From Patescibacteria group bacterium (GTDB lineage: Bacteria; Patescibacteriota; Minisyncoccia; Moranbacterales; UBA2206), in assembly GCA_022711335.1 (NCBI GenBank), contig JAKLFF010000001.1, positions 195,016 to 259,015 of the forward strand: 64,000 nucleotides of DNA, in the 5' to 3' direction. The position numbers and the translations under genes were made by a program. The notes beneath the pieces are model-generated. The model ran no database searches and had not been told where the DNA came from. It was given only the letters and a program-made list of their open reading frames with translations. Below, piece after piece: positions 48,323 to 58,634 of this stretch (positions within the stretch are counted from its first letter, which is position 1; the number at the start of each line of letters is the position of its first letter).

Positions 48323-48400
48323 ATGGGAATTTCATATATTGCGCCATGCCTATGCCCGAAAGCATAAGTTTAGGCAATGTTGTAAATATATTCTATCGTT

Positions 48401-49159
48401 TTAAGTCTTGTCAGTCAATTCGGATATATTTTTATAACCTGTCATTTTTTTGTTTTTCTGCGCATTGGCCACGTGCTTGCTCAATGGCTCATGCACTTCC
48501 CTAAATACCTTGCCTGTCCTGTTATCTTTTACCACTTCGTCATACCAATCTTTCTCCCTATTGATATTCATAAGTCGGTCTACTCCGTCAGGATGGCGCT
48601 CTTTATTTACGCTCGCCTGATAACCCTGAAATATTTTCTTGATATATTTTTTAATACCAAATCGTCGTTGTTCAATTCCCAATGATTCTTTCGTTTTTAC
48701 CTGCTCAGTCAAAGTAATCTTGAATAGATTCCCTGTCTCTTTTTGGCATTCATCGCAATATTTTTTCGTTTTTTCTTTTTCACACTCAATACAATACGTC
48801 CGATGTGATTTTGATTTTTTCTTTGATAAGTATGATATTAACAAATAAAGAATAACCGAATAAAAACTGGCGGTTAGTATCATTCCAAAAACTGAAACCT
48901 CCGGTCCGGAAGCCATTATAAACAAACTGCTATGATATTCCCACATGCCGAGAGGAGCTAAAATTGGCTTAAGCGGAAACGCCATCAGTAATATTATTCC
49001 GTATGCAAATATCATAACAAACAGCTGCATGCTCATCAGGGCGCCAGCAAGAGGAAAAGAGAACGGAATCTCCACCAAAAAAGAAGGCATAAGTAATACC
49101 GGCACAAATGGCGCAAGAGATATTATGACTTTTTTCCTTGTTGGTTTCAAAAATTTCAT
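48401..49159 (-). CDS. Membrane protein with internal CxxC...CxxC zinc ribbon
   Basis: 252 aa. Four TM segments followed by YCIECEKEKTKKYCDECQKE. Confidence 0.45.
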   Translation of the reverse strand: MKFLKPTRKKVIISLAPFVPVLLMPSFLVEIPFSFPLAGALMSMQLFVMIFAYGIILLMAFPLKPILAPLGMWEYHSSLFIMASGPEVSVFGMILTASFYSVILYLLISYLSKKKSKSHRTYCIECEKEKTKKYCDECQKETGNLFKITLTEQVKTKESLGIEQRRFGIKKYIKKIFQGYQASVNKERHPDGVDRLMNINREKDWYDEVVKDNRTGKVFREVHEPLSKHVANAQKNKKMTGYKNISELTDKT

Positions 49160-49227
49160 TTACTTTTGTTTAATTTTTTTATTTTAAAGACTATTACTGA
49201 ATTAATTCAGTAATTTAGTTCCTGAAA

Positions 49228-51933
49228 TTAAAGATGGAATTTTGATGATAACAACGCCACATCCTTTATGCTATTCTTCCTTATTAAGCTGCTCAATACC
49301 TTACTTTCAGTTTCTGGCGTCCAGTATATTTTTAGCTTTTCTCTTGCTCGTGTTATAGCTGTATAAAAAATATTATGTGTAATCATTTCTTCAATCTCAT
49401 CTGTAATAACGATTTTAACTGAATTATATTCCAATCCCTGAGCCTTATGAATTGAAACGGCGTAAGCAACTTGAAAAGGGACTACAGCATTTGAAAAAGC
49501 GTCATCGTCTTCATCAGTACTTCTGTGTTTATTAACAAAAAAACGAATTACCGAGTTACCATTGTCAGAATTAGGCATCAATTGAAAATCATATCCTCCT
49601 GCCTCAAACTGATTTATAACCTTATCAATCTCAATATCGAATTGTATTTTATCATCAAATGTTTCTATATTAACTATTTTTCCCTTCAGATTATTATAAA
49701 TCAAGGGAGCGAATCTTTCTGATTCATTAAACAAAATAGGATCATTAATTTTGTAGGTCTGAATACCCCACTGTATAGAAGTATTTCTATTGTTGCTTTG
49801 CAAGAACTTGTTAATATTATTTATTCCATAAAGACCATCGTAGTTCAAACATAAAATTATTTCATCCTCTTCGGAATGCTCAAAAATTGAATCATCTAAG
49901 GTAACAGAATAATTGTTTTTTGTAATATGCTCCAAAATATCATCACTTATATTTCTAACCCTATTCCATAATTCGAGCAACTTAGAATTCTTGGTGCGGT
50001 ATGGCTTAGTCAATTCAAATATAGAAGTTGGTGGAACAAAAGACTGCGCTATATTAAACCAATTTCCAAAGAGTATTGACTCTATCTGAAAAACATCACC
50101 CACTAAAACCAACAATTTAAACGATGCTTTATTTAAAACTTTAAGCATATCAGAATTACTAACCGTACTACATTCATCAATTATCAATAAATCAAATTCC
50201 GTATCATCATTTCTCTCTGATAAAAATTTAGTAATTGTTTTAAAAGTACAATTAGCAACTTTTACTTTTCTTTTCAGATTATCAATCGCCGGATTGGTAT
50301 TAGCTAAATAAAGTTTTTTATAATCATTAAAAAAGTTCGATATATGGTTTATTATCGTTGACTTTCCAGTTCCCGCTGATCCGTAAATCAAAGCTACTCC
50401 TGAATTCTCAAATATTTGTCTCAAAGCGGCTTTTTTCTCATCACAATCAATTCCATGATTAGCTGTTTGCAACCAAGAATCAACAGAGCTTGTATAGTTT
50501 TTAATACCAGCAGAAGACAATTCTTTAAGTTTTTTAATAATTTTAAATGTATCTTCTTCGTAACCATTTATATAAATATGGTCTTTGCAATTTTCTAATC
50601 TGCGATGTGCATGCTTATAATATAGGGAACTATTATGCAATTGCATTAGACCATCGATATTTTCAAAGTTGGTTATATCTTTTTTGGGGGTGTACAGCTG
50701 TCCTTTTATTTCTGTATTATTTTTCATAAATCTTGCAAATAATTCATGCTCTCGGTTAGCTGAATCTATGCAATCAAATAAATCTGAAATTTTTGGATTG
50801 TGTCCTGCCAATGAAGTATTAAAGGGCATCTTATCGAATGGGACACATTTAATATCGAGTTGTAAATTAGACAATAGATTGCAACCACCAAACTTATATT
50901 GCTGTTTTAGAACTTTATTATTTAACCTATAAAGCAGATACCTAACCACATTACTACCTGAGTTGTTGTTTTTTGTTAGTTCACGGCATTTGTCTAAAAC
51001 ATTAAAAAAATGAGCCGTTTTCACTCCCTGAATTATTTGGCTTTTTATGTCCTGGTAGTAATTATCTGTGAAATCAATGAACTCAACCAAGCTAATACCT
51101 GTTTTAGTTAGAAATTCCATCAACTTTCGATATTCAAGGAGGTTGCTTTGAATCTTAGAATGATTTCCAAATATATCAGCAAAATGATCGAGCTCGCATG
51201 GACGAATTGACACAACCCAATTATCAATAATTTGAATAGGCATTTCTTTACCTAAAATCTGTATACTGTCATTACTTACAGAAAGCTTAACTGCGTAGTT
51301 ATGAGATATGTCCAATTTTGTAAACGCAATAATTCTATCAAATTTGCTTGCCTTATCATTAGCAGTTGTAAAAGTCACTTCATAATATACCTCATGCTCG
51401 ACAAAAAACGGCTTTATTTTTTGAATATAATATCGATCACTATAAACGCTCCTTGTTCTTGTTGATTCCGGCTGATTAATTTTTTCAGCTATCTTTTCGT
51501 AATATGCCTTCAGCGCCAAATCAATCGCAATTGGAAATTCATCAATATTTCCTAAAACATCCAAATTGTATGTCTTTTTTAGAAATGATTTTATTTTGAT
51601 CAAATATTCATAATATTTCAACATTATTCTTTCAGAGTTTTCTTCATCAAGAGTATAATGAGAAGCTGTGATTTGTAGAAGCTTGTGAAATTTGGTTAAA
51701 AATTTAAGATTACCTCTTGTTTTCACAAAAGCCTCTGCCTTTTTTATATTTTCATAATTATTTTCAATATCTTGTCCATTACTATATATTTTCAAAAAAA
51801 TATGATCAACAAAATTTCTGAGTTGAGATAGAATATTCTGTGACAACAACCCTCTTTCAGAGACATCAAATTTATCGATATTACTACAAATCACCTTATC
51901 AATATCTATAATTAAATTATCAATTTTATTCAT
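49228..51933 (-). CDS. SF1 (RecD/UvrD-like) helicase with a ~450-aa N-terminal domain of unknown function
   Basis: 901 aa. Walker A GSAGTGKST, Walker B LLIIDECS and a C-terminal IHKAQGLEYNSVKIV motif (UvrD_C_2-like). Confidence 0.7.
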   Translation of the reverse strand: MNKIDNLIIDIDKVICSNIDKFDVSERGLLSQNILSQLRNFVDHIFLKIYSNGQDIENNYENIKKAEAFVKTRGNLKFLTKFHKLLQITASHYTLDEENSERIMLKYYEYLIKIKSFLKKTYNLDVLGNIDEFPIAIDLALKAYYEKIAEKINQPESTRTRSVYSDRYYIQKIKPFFVEHEVYYEVTFTTANDKASKFDRIIAFTKLDISHNYAVKLSVSNDSIQILGKEMPIQIIDNWVVSIRPCELDHFADIFGNHSKIQSNLLEYRKLMEFLTKTGISLVEFIDFTDNYYQDIKSQIIQGVKTAHFFNVLDKCRELTKNNNSGSNVVRYLLYRLNNKVLKQQYKFGGCNLLSNLQLDIKCVPFDKMPFNTSLAGHNPKISDLFDCIDSANREHELFARFMKNNTEIKGQLYTPKKDITNFENIDGLMQLHNSSLYYKHAHRRLENCKDHIYINGYEEDTFKIIKKLKELSSAGIKNYTSSVDSWLQTANHGIDCDEKKAALRQIFENSGVALIYGSAGTGKSTIINHISNFFNDYKKLYLANTNPAIDNLKRKVKVANCTFKTITKFLSERNDDTEFDLLIIDECSTVSNSDMLKVLNKASFKLLVLVGDVFQIESILFGNWFNIAQSFVPPTSIFELTKPYRTKNSKLLELWNRVRNISDDILEHITKNNYSVTLDDSIFEHSEEDEIILCLNYDGLYGINNINKFLQSNNRNTSIQWGIQTYKINDPILFNESERFAPLIYNNLKGKIVNIETFDDKIQFDIEIDKVINQFEAGGYDFQLMPNSDNGNSVIRFFVNKHRSTDEDDDAFSNAVVPFQVAYAVSIHKAQGLEYNSVKIVITDEIEEMITHNIFYTAITRAREKLKIYWTPETESKVLSSLIRKNSIKDVALLSSKFHL

Positions 51934-51971
51934 AATTTTGCCTCCTATCTATACGCCATTAATTTATGTAT

Positions 51972-52466
51972 CTATAAATTATTCAAATTCCACTCTCGAC
52001 AAAGTTGCTTTCTTCTTACGGTAGCATTAAACTTCTTTTTTCCCTTACCCGGACATTTAAAATGAGGTAGCTTATCAAGCTCATTCATTAAAGATTCCAG
52101 TTTGGGGGCTATAACATCCAGTCTGTTAATAATATCTTCATTTATAAATCTGATAGTAATTATTCTTTTTTTATCCCAAATCTCTTTTTCCCTCATGATG
52201 TCTTTAACTTTCTGATCTTCCGTAAAATGATACCCGCCGTCAACCTCTATATTTAATCCGTATTTGCTTATAAAAATATCAGAAAATCTAACACCATTTT
52301 TTGTATAGATTTCCCTCTCTAATACAGGCTTAAATTGCCTTTTTTTGCCGATTATCTTCAGGACATCAAACAATTTATTTTGAGCCAGCGTACAGCCATC
52401 CATTCTTTCTCTTTTAAACCTGTCTCTTATTTTATTTTGTCTTTTTAGCCTATCTACCCAAGTCAT
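51972..52466 (-). CDS. DUF559/Vsr-like endonuclease-fold protein
   Basis: 164 aa. The stretch FDV...NIEVDGGYHF...D..R...L...K..IITIRF fits the DUF559 pattern. Confidence 0.5.
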   Translation of the reverse strand: MTWVDRLKRQNKIRDRFKRERMDGCTLAQNKLFDVLKIIGKKRQFKPVLEREIYTKNGVRFSDIFISKYGLNIEVDGGYHFTEDQKVKDIMREKEIWDKKRIITIRFINEDIINRLDVIAPKLESLMNELDKLPHFKCPGKGKKKFNATVRRKQLCREWNLNNL

Positions 52467-52631
52467 TTTTTTATCTCTTTTTATGTTTTAATTTGCTCTC
52501 ATTTAAAGAAAACCGGCCCGTATTTCGCCAAATTTCGCCCACACGGGCGATTACCGTCCGAAAGCGTCCGAACATGCTTATTTTCCGAAAATGGTCCCGG
52601 ATTCGTTCAAAAAGCTTATGACATTGATTCC

Positions 52632-53579
52632 TCATTCTCCGATATATTTCCTGGGTGTTACGCCGTTAGCCGTCTCAACGAGCCCATTTTCCTCCAAGAG
52701 ATCCAACAATCTGGCGGCTCGAGCGTAGCCGACTCTCAACTTTCTTTGAATCAGCGAAGCCGAAATGCGGCCGTTTTCTTTGGCAATTTCCACCGCGTAT
52801 GGATACAGATCGTCATCGTTTTTTCCGGAATATTCTTCTTTTTTTTCCTGCTCTTCTTTTTTAAAATCCGCGTATTTATGTTTTATGGCATCCAAGTCTT
52901 TTTTTAATTCACCTTCTTCAACAGCAGGCAACTCCAGCTTCTTTATTTCAAATGATGACAGTTCTCTTAATAAAAAGTGTCCGGTTTCCGGCAATTCCTC
53001 CGCACCTTCTTTTCCAATAACAACGGCTGAATCTTTCCCTGTTGCTGTTTTGAAGGCAATTCTTGTCGAGAAACAATCCAACACATTTTTTGTTACCACA
53101 TTTTTCGGGTCTGGTCTGGATGTGGAAATGACAAGATATATTTCGGTTAGTCCGGAAAGAGCGGTTATTTTTCTGAAATATTCTTCATATAATTTCTTGT
53201 CATCGGCCATCAAATCCGAGAATTCATCCACGAATACATACAGTTTGGGAAGTTTGTTTTTGGTGTACTTCAGTTTATTATATTTCTGAACCGATGAGCA
53301 ATTCAATTCTTCCATCACTCTCAAGCGCCGGAAAGATTCGCTCCATAGCCACCGGAAAGCGCTCCTCGCTTTGTCAGTCTTGGTTATGACATCAGTCAAA
53401 AGATGAGGTATTCCGTCGTATAATGAAAATTCCACCATCTTGGGGTCTATCAAAATCAATCGCAAATCGTGCGGGCTATTTTCATTGAGCAAGTCCTCTA
53501 TCATTGTATGCAAAAAATTAGACTTGCCCGATCCGGTCACGCCGGCGATTAAAATGTTTTTTGAGTTGAATTTTTTCAT
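52632..53579 (-). CDS. Short FtsK/SpoIIIE-family ATPase with C-terminal gamma (winged-helix) domain
   Basis: 315 aa. Starts directly with Walker A (GVTGSGKSN). Walker B VFVDEFSDL is present. The C-terminus LIQRKLRVGYARAARLLDLLEENGLV looks like an FtsK-gamma domain. Translocase N-terminal domains are absent. Confidence 0.6.
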   Translation of the reverse strand: MKKFNSKNILIAGVTGSGKSNFLHTMIEDLLNENSPHDLRLILIDPKMVEFSLYDGIPHLLTDVITKTDKARSAFRWLWSESFRRLRVMEELNCSSVQKYNKLKYTKNKLPKLYVFVDEFSDLMADDKKLYEEYFRKITALSGLTEIYLVISTSRPDPKNVVTKNVLDCFSTRIAFKTATGKDSAVVIGKEGAEELPETGHFLLRELSSFEIKKLELPAVEEGELKKDLDAIKHKYADFKKEEQEKKEEYSGKNDDDLYPYAVEIAKENGRISASLIQRKLRVGYARAARLLDLLEENGLVETANGVTPRKYIGE

Positions 53580-53632
53580 GTTGTTATAATTGATATTTTT
53601 ATGTAACTTCCAAAGCGTACCTATTATCTAAA

Positions 53633-56600
53633 TCAATGTTTTGGGTTAGTCATTTCTTGTCCTTCATCCAAATGCCTTTTAATATCTCTAGAAACTGAAT
53701 CTCTGAGTGAATCTATCAGATTCTTAATTATACCTGGCGAAGATTTGTCGTATATCTCCTCAAGCGCCTCTTTTTTTGCAACTAAAGCAGCGGGAGCTTC
53801 TCCTAATTTTGCGCTGTATCCGCCAGTTACTACCTGATGCCAAAGAACACTTTTTGCATCATCAAATATACTTGTTTCCTCAGAAGCTTTTAGAGCATTT
53901 AAAAATAATTCTGCCGTATCTTTCCCAAAATGAACTCCATGTAATGCGTTGATTGCTATCTTCAAGTTTTTCTCATCCCCTTGTTTAATTTTTCCCCCAA
54001 TATATCGGCTCAAATAATTATCACATTCCTCATCTGATCGTTTACAGTTACGCAAAAGATGTTCCATATCGAATGAATAAAGAATTTCCTTTTCTTTCCA
54101 TTTATTGATTTTATCCATCAATCTTGCAAAATCATTATAATTTTTTACTAAATTTTCTAACGAACGAAACCCGTCATAAGGAATTGGATCGAAGTGAGTT
54201 GATTTACCATTTTCAGTATCTTTAATATACCTTTTTAGGCGATAATCGATCAGTTCAACAAATTTATCCAGATCCTCATTAATTACAAATTTAATTAGGT
54301 TATCCACATGATATTCTATGCTTTCAATATTTTTTATGATATCAAATAAGGAAATGCGTAATTTTTCTAAGCTTTCCTGTGAAATATCCCACTTAATTGC
54401 GCTGGAAAGTAAAAAATCAAACATATCAAGAACATGAGTTTCCACTTCACCTTGTAAAGAAAGTTCGAGAATTTTCGTTACTTTATTTTTTTCATCTTGT
54501 GACCGATCATTAAATATAAAATAAGCCCGGTGTAGTATATTGCTTTTGAGAAACTTATCAGCATTTTTTATAATCACAGAAAACCACGGCATAAAAATAT
54601 TAACTGCTATTCTATGCTCAGTAATCAATTCGATGAGAATATTAACCTTTTCTGACTTAATATTTTCTGGATGACTTATGATCTCTTTGGCGAGACTGGT
54701 AATGTGGCCTTTATCCTTTACTGAAGCTACTCTATATATTCCAAGGTGAAAGATCTCTGGAACTTGGTCCAACAGTTTTCTATCTCTTGTAATCTCAAGA
54801 AATGCAGACTCGCCAAACTTAGCCCATGTTTCAATTAAAGGGACATGTCCCCATTGGCGAATATTTTTTGTTTCTTTCTCAATAGCATTTAGATATCCAA
54901 TAATTTCGAATGTATCCTTATATTTTTTCGATAGCCGGATTGCTAATTGATCTAACAATTTTTGATCAAACTCATGTCTATGAAAATGGTTATGAACTAG
55001 CCATGACCATCTTTCTGTTTCAGGTGCTTCTTTTTCAATTTTACTGAAATCGGAAATAATAAAATCGCGTGAAATGAAATGTCTAAATATTAAATATTCC
55101 GGAGTTCTTGGAAAATCTCTCAGAATAATTGCAGTCTCTTTGCTTAAATCATCATGAAAATTATTAATAGACCAATATTTAATCAAAACATCTTCCATTT
55201 CGCTAAGTACTTCAAGAGAAGTTGTTTTGATTAGTAATTCTTTAATCCAAGCTATTGCTTTTTTTCTATCGGAAATAATTCTCTCATTAAATTCAGCATT
55301 AATAGATCCCGAATCTCTTCCAATATCATCCACAGTTTCAATGCCTATTTTTTTAATAGCATCGTTCGGATGAAAAATAAGTTTTTTCAGAAGTGACATC
55401 GCCTTATCTCTATATTGGTCAATAGTTTCTATAAATTTATTTTCATATAGTAATATCTTCCGGCCCCAGGTTATTTTATTACCATAAGTTTCATTGTATT
55501 CATGCGATCCTGCCAACGATTCTTTTACTCCAGCGCTTGCCACTGTCGCTTCTAAAAGAGTACATTTATCGCTAGTAACCAAATTTTCCATCTCAGCCAA
55601 AGAATCCCCAGCTAATGAGATATTAATTTCGAGTGGAGAAGTTAATTGTCGAGCAAAAGTAACTAACTCATAGTTACTATATCCACCCTTCAATCCGCGT
55701 TTTTCCATATATAAAATTAGATCCAGAATAGATTTTTGCAATTTTGGCAAATGTAATAATTGATAAACGATAGATCCGTATGCATCTCTATCTAATCCGT
55801 AATCAGTATCCTTAGTGCTATCGATGTATGCATAAATCAAATCTATTACCTCATTTGGAGCTAAATATGCAACTGGTTTTATAAGCTTTATATTCACTGC
55901 CTTCTGAGAATCAGACGTGCGAGATACTTCGGATATCCATTTTTTTACAATGTTTTTAATCGCCTTGCTTGCTGAATCCGTTTCTCCATGTCTTGAAGCC
56001 GCCGCAATATTTGCTGTGATTTTTTCTGGTTGTATTGAAATCCAATTTTCAAACATTTGGTTAACCAATTTTTCTCCATTTTTATTGTCCAGCTCAACAG
56101 ATAAATAAATATCGCCTTTCATGTCTGGATTAAATCTTAAGGATGATCCAACAATTCTTAAAATCTTAGCATAAACTAATTTATCTATCCCATCCTTAAT
56201 AATTTCAGTATCGATCTTTAATAAATCTGCTAACTTATCAATAACATAGTTATTATGTTCGGAAGAAAACGGCACAATAACAGACAACTCTCTCAGAAGT
56301 CTTTCAATTTTGTTTTCATCTAATAACACTTTTCTCAAGGCATTTTTTGCTTCATGAATAAGATTTTCTTTTATTTGCTTTTTTATTAATTTAGGGTCAA
56401 CTTTTCCACCTTTTATTAATTTGCCAGTAGTAACTATAAGAAATAAATTTCCATTTAAGTCTTTTACTATCCGCCCTGGTTTATTTATAGTTTTATTTCC
56501 CGCAGAGCTGGTTAATATTTTTATTAGGCCCGCATTCGATATTTCAGGTAATTCAAACTCGGAGTATTTTTCTACTCTTTGTAAATTTGCTAAGTTTTCT

Positions 56601-57481
56601 ATAATTTCCCTTCCCGAATCTCTGCACGATAAAATAACTTTTAGATTGCCCGGTAAATACGTTTTTGTATGAGCAATCAATTTAGTCGCTTCATCTAAAT
56701 ATCTCTCTGCATCATCTAAAAAAACTACATAGTTTCGAGAGTGATTTAACTCATTCATCGCTTCATTAACATCTCTAATATTAGGCATGCAGAACCTAGT
56801 TTGAAAATTAGGATTCAGAATATGACATTTTTTACCAAACTCAGAAATAAAGCGCGTTTTTCCACAACCACCAGCAGTATGGATTATTAACAATTTAGAT
56901 TCACTAGAAATAAATTCTTCGATTTTTTTTATTTCCTCGACTCTTTCTACTAATGGGCCACCGAATAACTCTTCTCCCTTAGAAAATATTTGAGGAGGAA
57001 CAAACATAGGCTCTTGGCAATCACCAAAATAATAATATCTTAACCAAGGATGTTGAATAATCTTACTTTCTAAATCGGCCTTCTGCTGGATAAAAAGATG
57101 TTTAACATATTTATTGCCTTTATTTAATTGCTCGAGTTTTCCTACATGACCATCAGTTCCGATAGTTAAATCTGCGTTAGTAGCAAATAATAATATATCG
57201 ACTTTATTTTTTTTCGCTTTTTCAAGCTCCTTTTTTAACTCTTCGCGTAATTGCTGATACGCCTTAGTTAAGTCATGTTTGGTCTGTTTAGACTGAAAAC
57301 TCCATACACCATTTATGCCCATAAATTTTCCGATGTATCTACCATCCCATCCCCCATCCGCACCAATTTCAGGGCTACTCGCAAGGAATGCTGGATTGTT
57401 TATTTCCAATGCAAATAGGTCATTTACCAAGCACTGAAATTTCTTATCATTATCTATTTTTTTCCAATCCAACTTTTCCAT
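53633..57481 (-). CDS. STAND-class NTPase (Avs/AVAST-like antiviral protein): N-terminal nuclease-like domain + P-loop NTPase + long helical-repeat C-terminus
   Basis: 1282 aa. N-terminal GADGGWDG...SFQSKQ resembles a PD-(D/E)xK/Mrr-like nuclease. The P-loop is IHTAGGCGKT with DDAE as Walker B. More than 700 aa of alpha-helical repeats follow. Confidence 0.6.
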   Translation of the reverse strand: MEKLDWKKIDNDKKFQCLVNDLFALEINNPAFLASSPEIGADGGWDGRYIGKFMGINGVWSFQSKQTKHDLTKAYQQLREELKKELEKAKKNKVDILLFATNADLTIGTDGHVGKLEQLNKGNKYVKHLFIQQKADLESKIIQHPWLRYYYFGDCQEPMFVPPQIFSKGEELFGGPLVERVEEIKKIEEFISSESKLLIIHTAGGCGKTRFISEFGKKCHILNPNFQTRFCMPNIRDVNEAMNELNHSRNYVVFLDDAERYLDEATKLIAHTKTYLPGNLKVILSCRDSGREIIENLANLQRVEKYSEFELPEISNAGLIKILTSSAGNKTINKPGRIVKDLNGNLFLIVTTGKLIKGGKVDPKLIKKQIKENLIHEAKNALRKVLLDENKIERLLRELSVIVPFSSEHNNYVIDKLADLLKIDTEIIKDGIDKLVYAKILRIVGSSLRFNPDMKGDIYLSVELDNKNGEKLVNQMFENWISIQPEKITANIAAASRHGETDSASKAIKNIVKKWISEVSRTSDSQKAVNIKLIKPVAYLAPNEVIDLIYAYIDSTKDTDYGLDRDAYGSIVYQLLHLPKLQKSILDLILYMEKRGLKGGYSNYELVTFARQLTSPLEINISLAGDSLAEMENLVTSDKCTLLEATVASAGVKESLAGSHEYNETYGNKITWGRKILLYENKFIETIDQYRDKAMSLLKKLIFHPNDAIKKIGIETVDDIGRDSGSINAEFNERIISDRKKAIAWIKELLIKTTSLEVLSEMEDVLIKYWSINNFHDDLSKETAIILRDFPRTPEYLIFRHFISRDFIISDFSKIEKEAPETERWSWLVHNHFHRHEFDQKLLDQLAIRLSKKYKDTFEIIGYLNAIEKETKNIRQWGHVPLIETWAKFGESAFLEITRDRKLLDQVPEIFHLGIYRVASVKDKGHITSLAKEIISHPENIKSEKVNILIELITEHRIAVNIFMPWFSVIIKNADKFLKSNILHRAYFIFNDRSQDEKNKVTKILELSLQGEVETHVLDMFDFLLSSAIKWDISQESLEKLRISLFDIIKNIESIEYHVDNLIKFVINEDLDKFVELIDYRLKRYIKDTENGKSTHFDPIPYDGFRSLENLVKNYNDFARLMDKINKWKEKEILYSFDMEHLLRNCKRSDEECDNYLSRYIGGKIKQGDEKNLKIAINALHGVHFGKDTAELFLNALKASEETSIFDDAKSVLWHQVVTGGYSAKLGEAPAALVAKKEALEEIYDKSSPGIIKNLIDSLRDSVSRDIKRHLDEGQEMTNPKH

Positions 57482-57493
57482 AATAATTCTTGA

Positions 57494-58051
57494 TTAATAA
57501 GCATTGCCAAAATTATAATAATTATAAATCCCTATTTTTTTTGTAAAATCTATGCGCCCATATACACAGCCCTCCGATGCTGGTAAAAATGCAAATGTTT
57601 CAATATCATTACAGGGATTATTAATTGGCTGATCAGCTAAAATTTTTACCAACAATTTCACAAAGGCAAGCCAATTATTTTTATCGATGGCAAGAGATTG
57701 TGGTAAGCCATACTCACATAAAAAATTTTTCATTTCTGTCTGCAAATCTTCCATATACATAAATCCAATGATCCTTGTTTTGCTGCTTGCAAGCGCCGGA
57801 TTATGGATTTGCACCTCAATATCATGATAAATATCTTCCATTATTTTCTCCATTTCCCCAGTTATTTTATCCTTTTCTGTATGCACAGACCAATCACAGT
57901 AAAATCGTAAGATTGGATACCGCTTATTGCTATCTCGATCAAGTATTTTTCTGATTTCAACAAGCAAATAAACAACCTGGCATTCTTCTTTTAATAAAAG
58001 ATGCTTCTTAAAGAATTTTTCCAATTTGCCTAATATTTCTATTCTTCCCAT
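57494..58051 (-). CDS. Hypothetical protein
   Basis: 185 aa, no recognisable domain. Confidence 0.35.
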   Translation of the reverse strand: MGRIEILGKLEKFFKKHLLLKEECQVVYLLVEIRKILDRDSNKRYPILRFYCDWSVHTEKDKITGEMEKIMEDIYHDIEVQIHNPALASSKTRIIGFMYMEDLQTEMKNFLCEYGLPQSLAIDKNNWLAFVKLLVKILADQPINNPCNDIETFAFLPASEGCVYGRIDFTKKIGIYNYYNFGNAY

Positions 58052-58144
58052 ACACCACCCCCCCTAGAATACTCTAATGTATTTTAACTAAATAAATATA
58101 GCAATCTTGCCCTAGTACGGCCAAATATACTACTCCCTTATTTT

Positions 58145-58627
58145 CTATTTCAAAGCGATACCCAACAAATCCCCACCCCCTTTAATCTTAATCAATTTGT
58201 TAACAGCTTTAATATTTAATGTCGTTATTTCCGCGTTACCTGGATCAAGCATACTTATTCGATTATCATCCAATTCACAACATACACGGATGTGCCATCC
58301 TAAAAAAAATGAACCTGTTTGTACAGGAAGAGACAGAAGAATTGGCGAATCTTTTTTTAAATACTCTTTAATTTTATCAATGCGTGATTGATCATCTGTC
58401 GGGTTATAATGCTCAAATGAAAAATAATTAAAATTCGATTCATTCTCTAGAGCTTTTTTATAATTACCGAAACTGAAGCCCGCATTATTTATTCTAGCAA
58501 TATCCTCCTGAGACATTAAGAATCCGGGCATTAGATATTTTAGGGCAATTTCTATTGATGCTGGTATACACCAATCATTTTTAATTTGGCGAATCTTAGG
58601 CAACGCCTTATTTAGCTTAATAATCAT
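58145..58627 (-). CDS. Hypothetical protein, possibly a papain-like Cys peptidase (C39-like)
   Basis: 160 aa. The N-terminal DWCIPASIEIAL and a later His (GWHIR) hint at a Cys-His peptidase; the assignment is weak. Confidence 0.3.
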   Translation of the reverse strand: MIIKLNKALPKIRQIKNDWCIPASIEIALKYLMPGFLMSQEDIARINNAGFSFGNYKKALENESNFNYFSFEHYNPTDDQSRIDKIKEYLKKDSPILLSLPVQTGSFFLGWHIRVCCELDDNRISMLDPGNAEITTLNIKAVNKLIKIKGGGDLLGIALK

Positions 58628-58634
58628 AATCTTC

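Noticed and set aside
48281-48327. Long hairpin CCATGTGAACA...TGTTCACATGG considered as an ncRNA
   Set aside because: It is a single imperfect stem-loop at the 5' end of a weak ORF with no second copy in the window. It is most simply a terminator or attenuator and there is not enough evidence to call an RNA gene.
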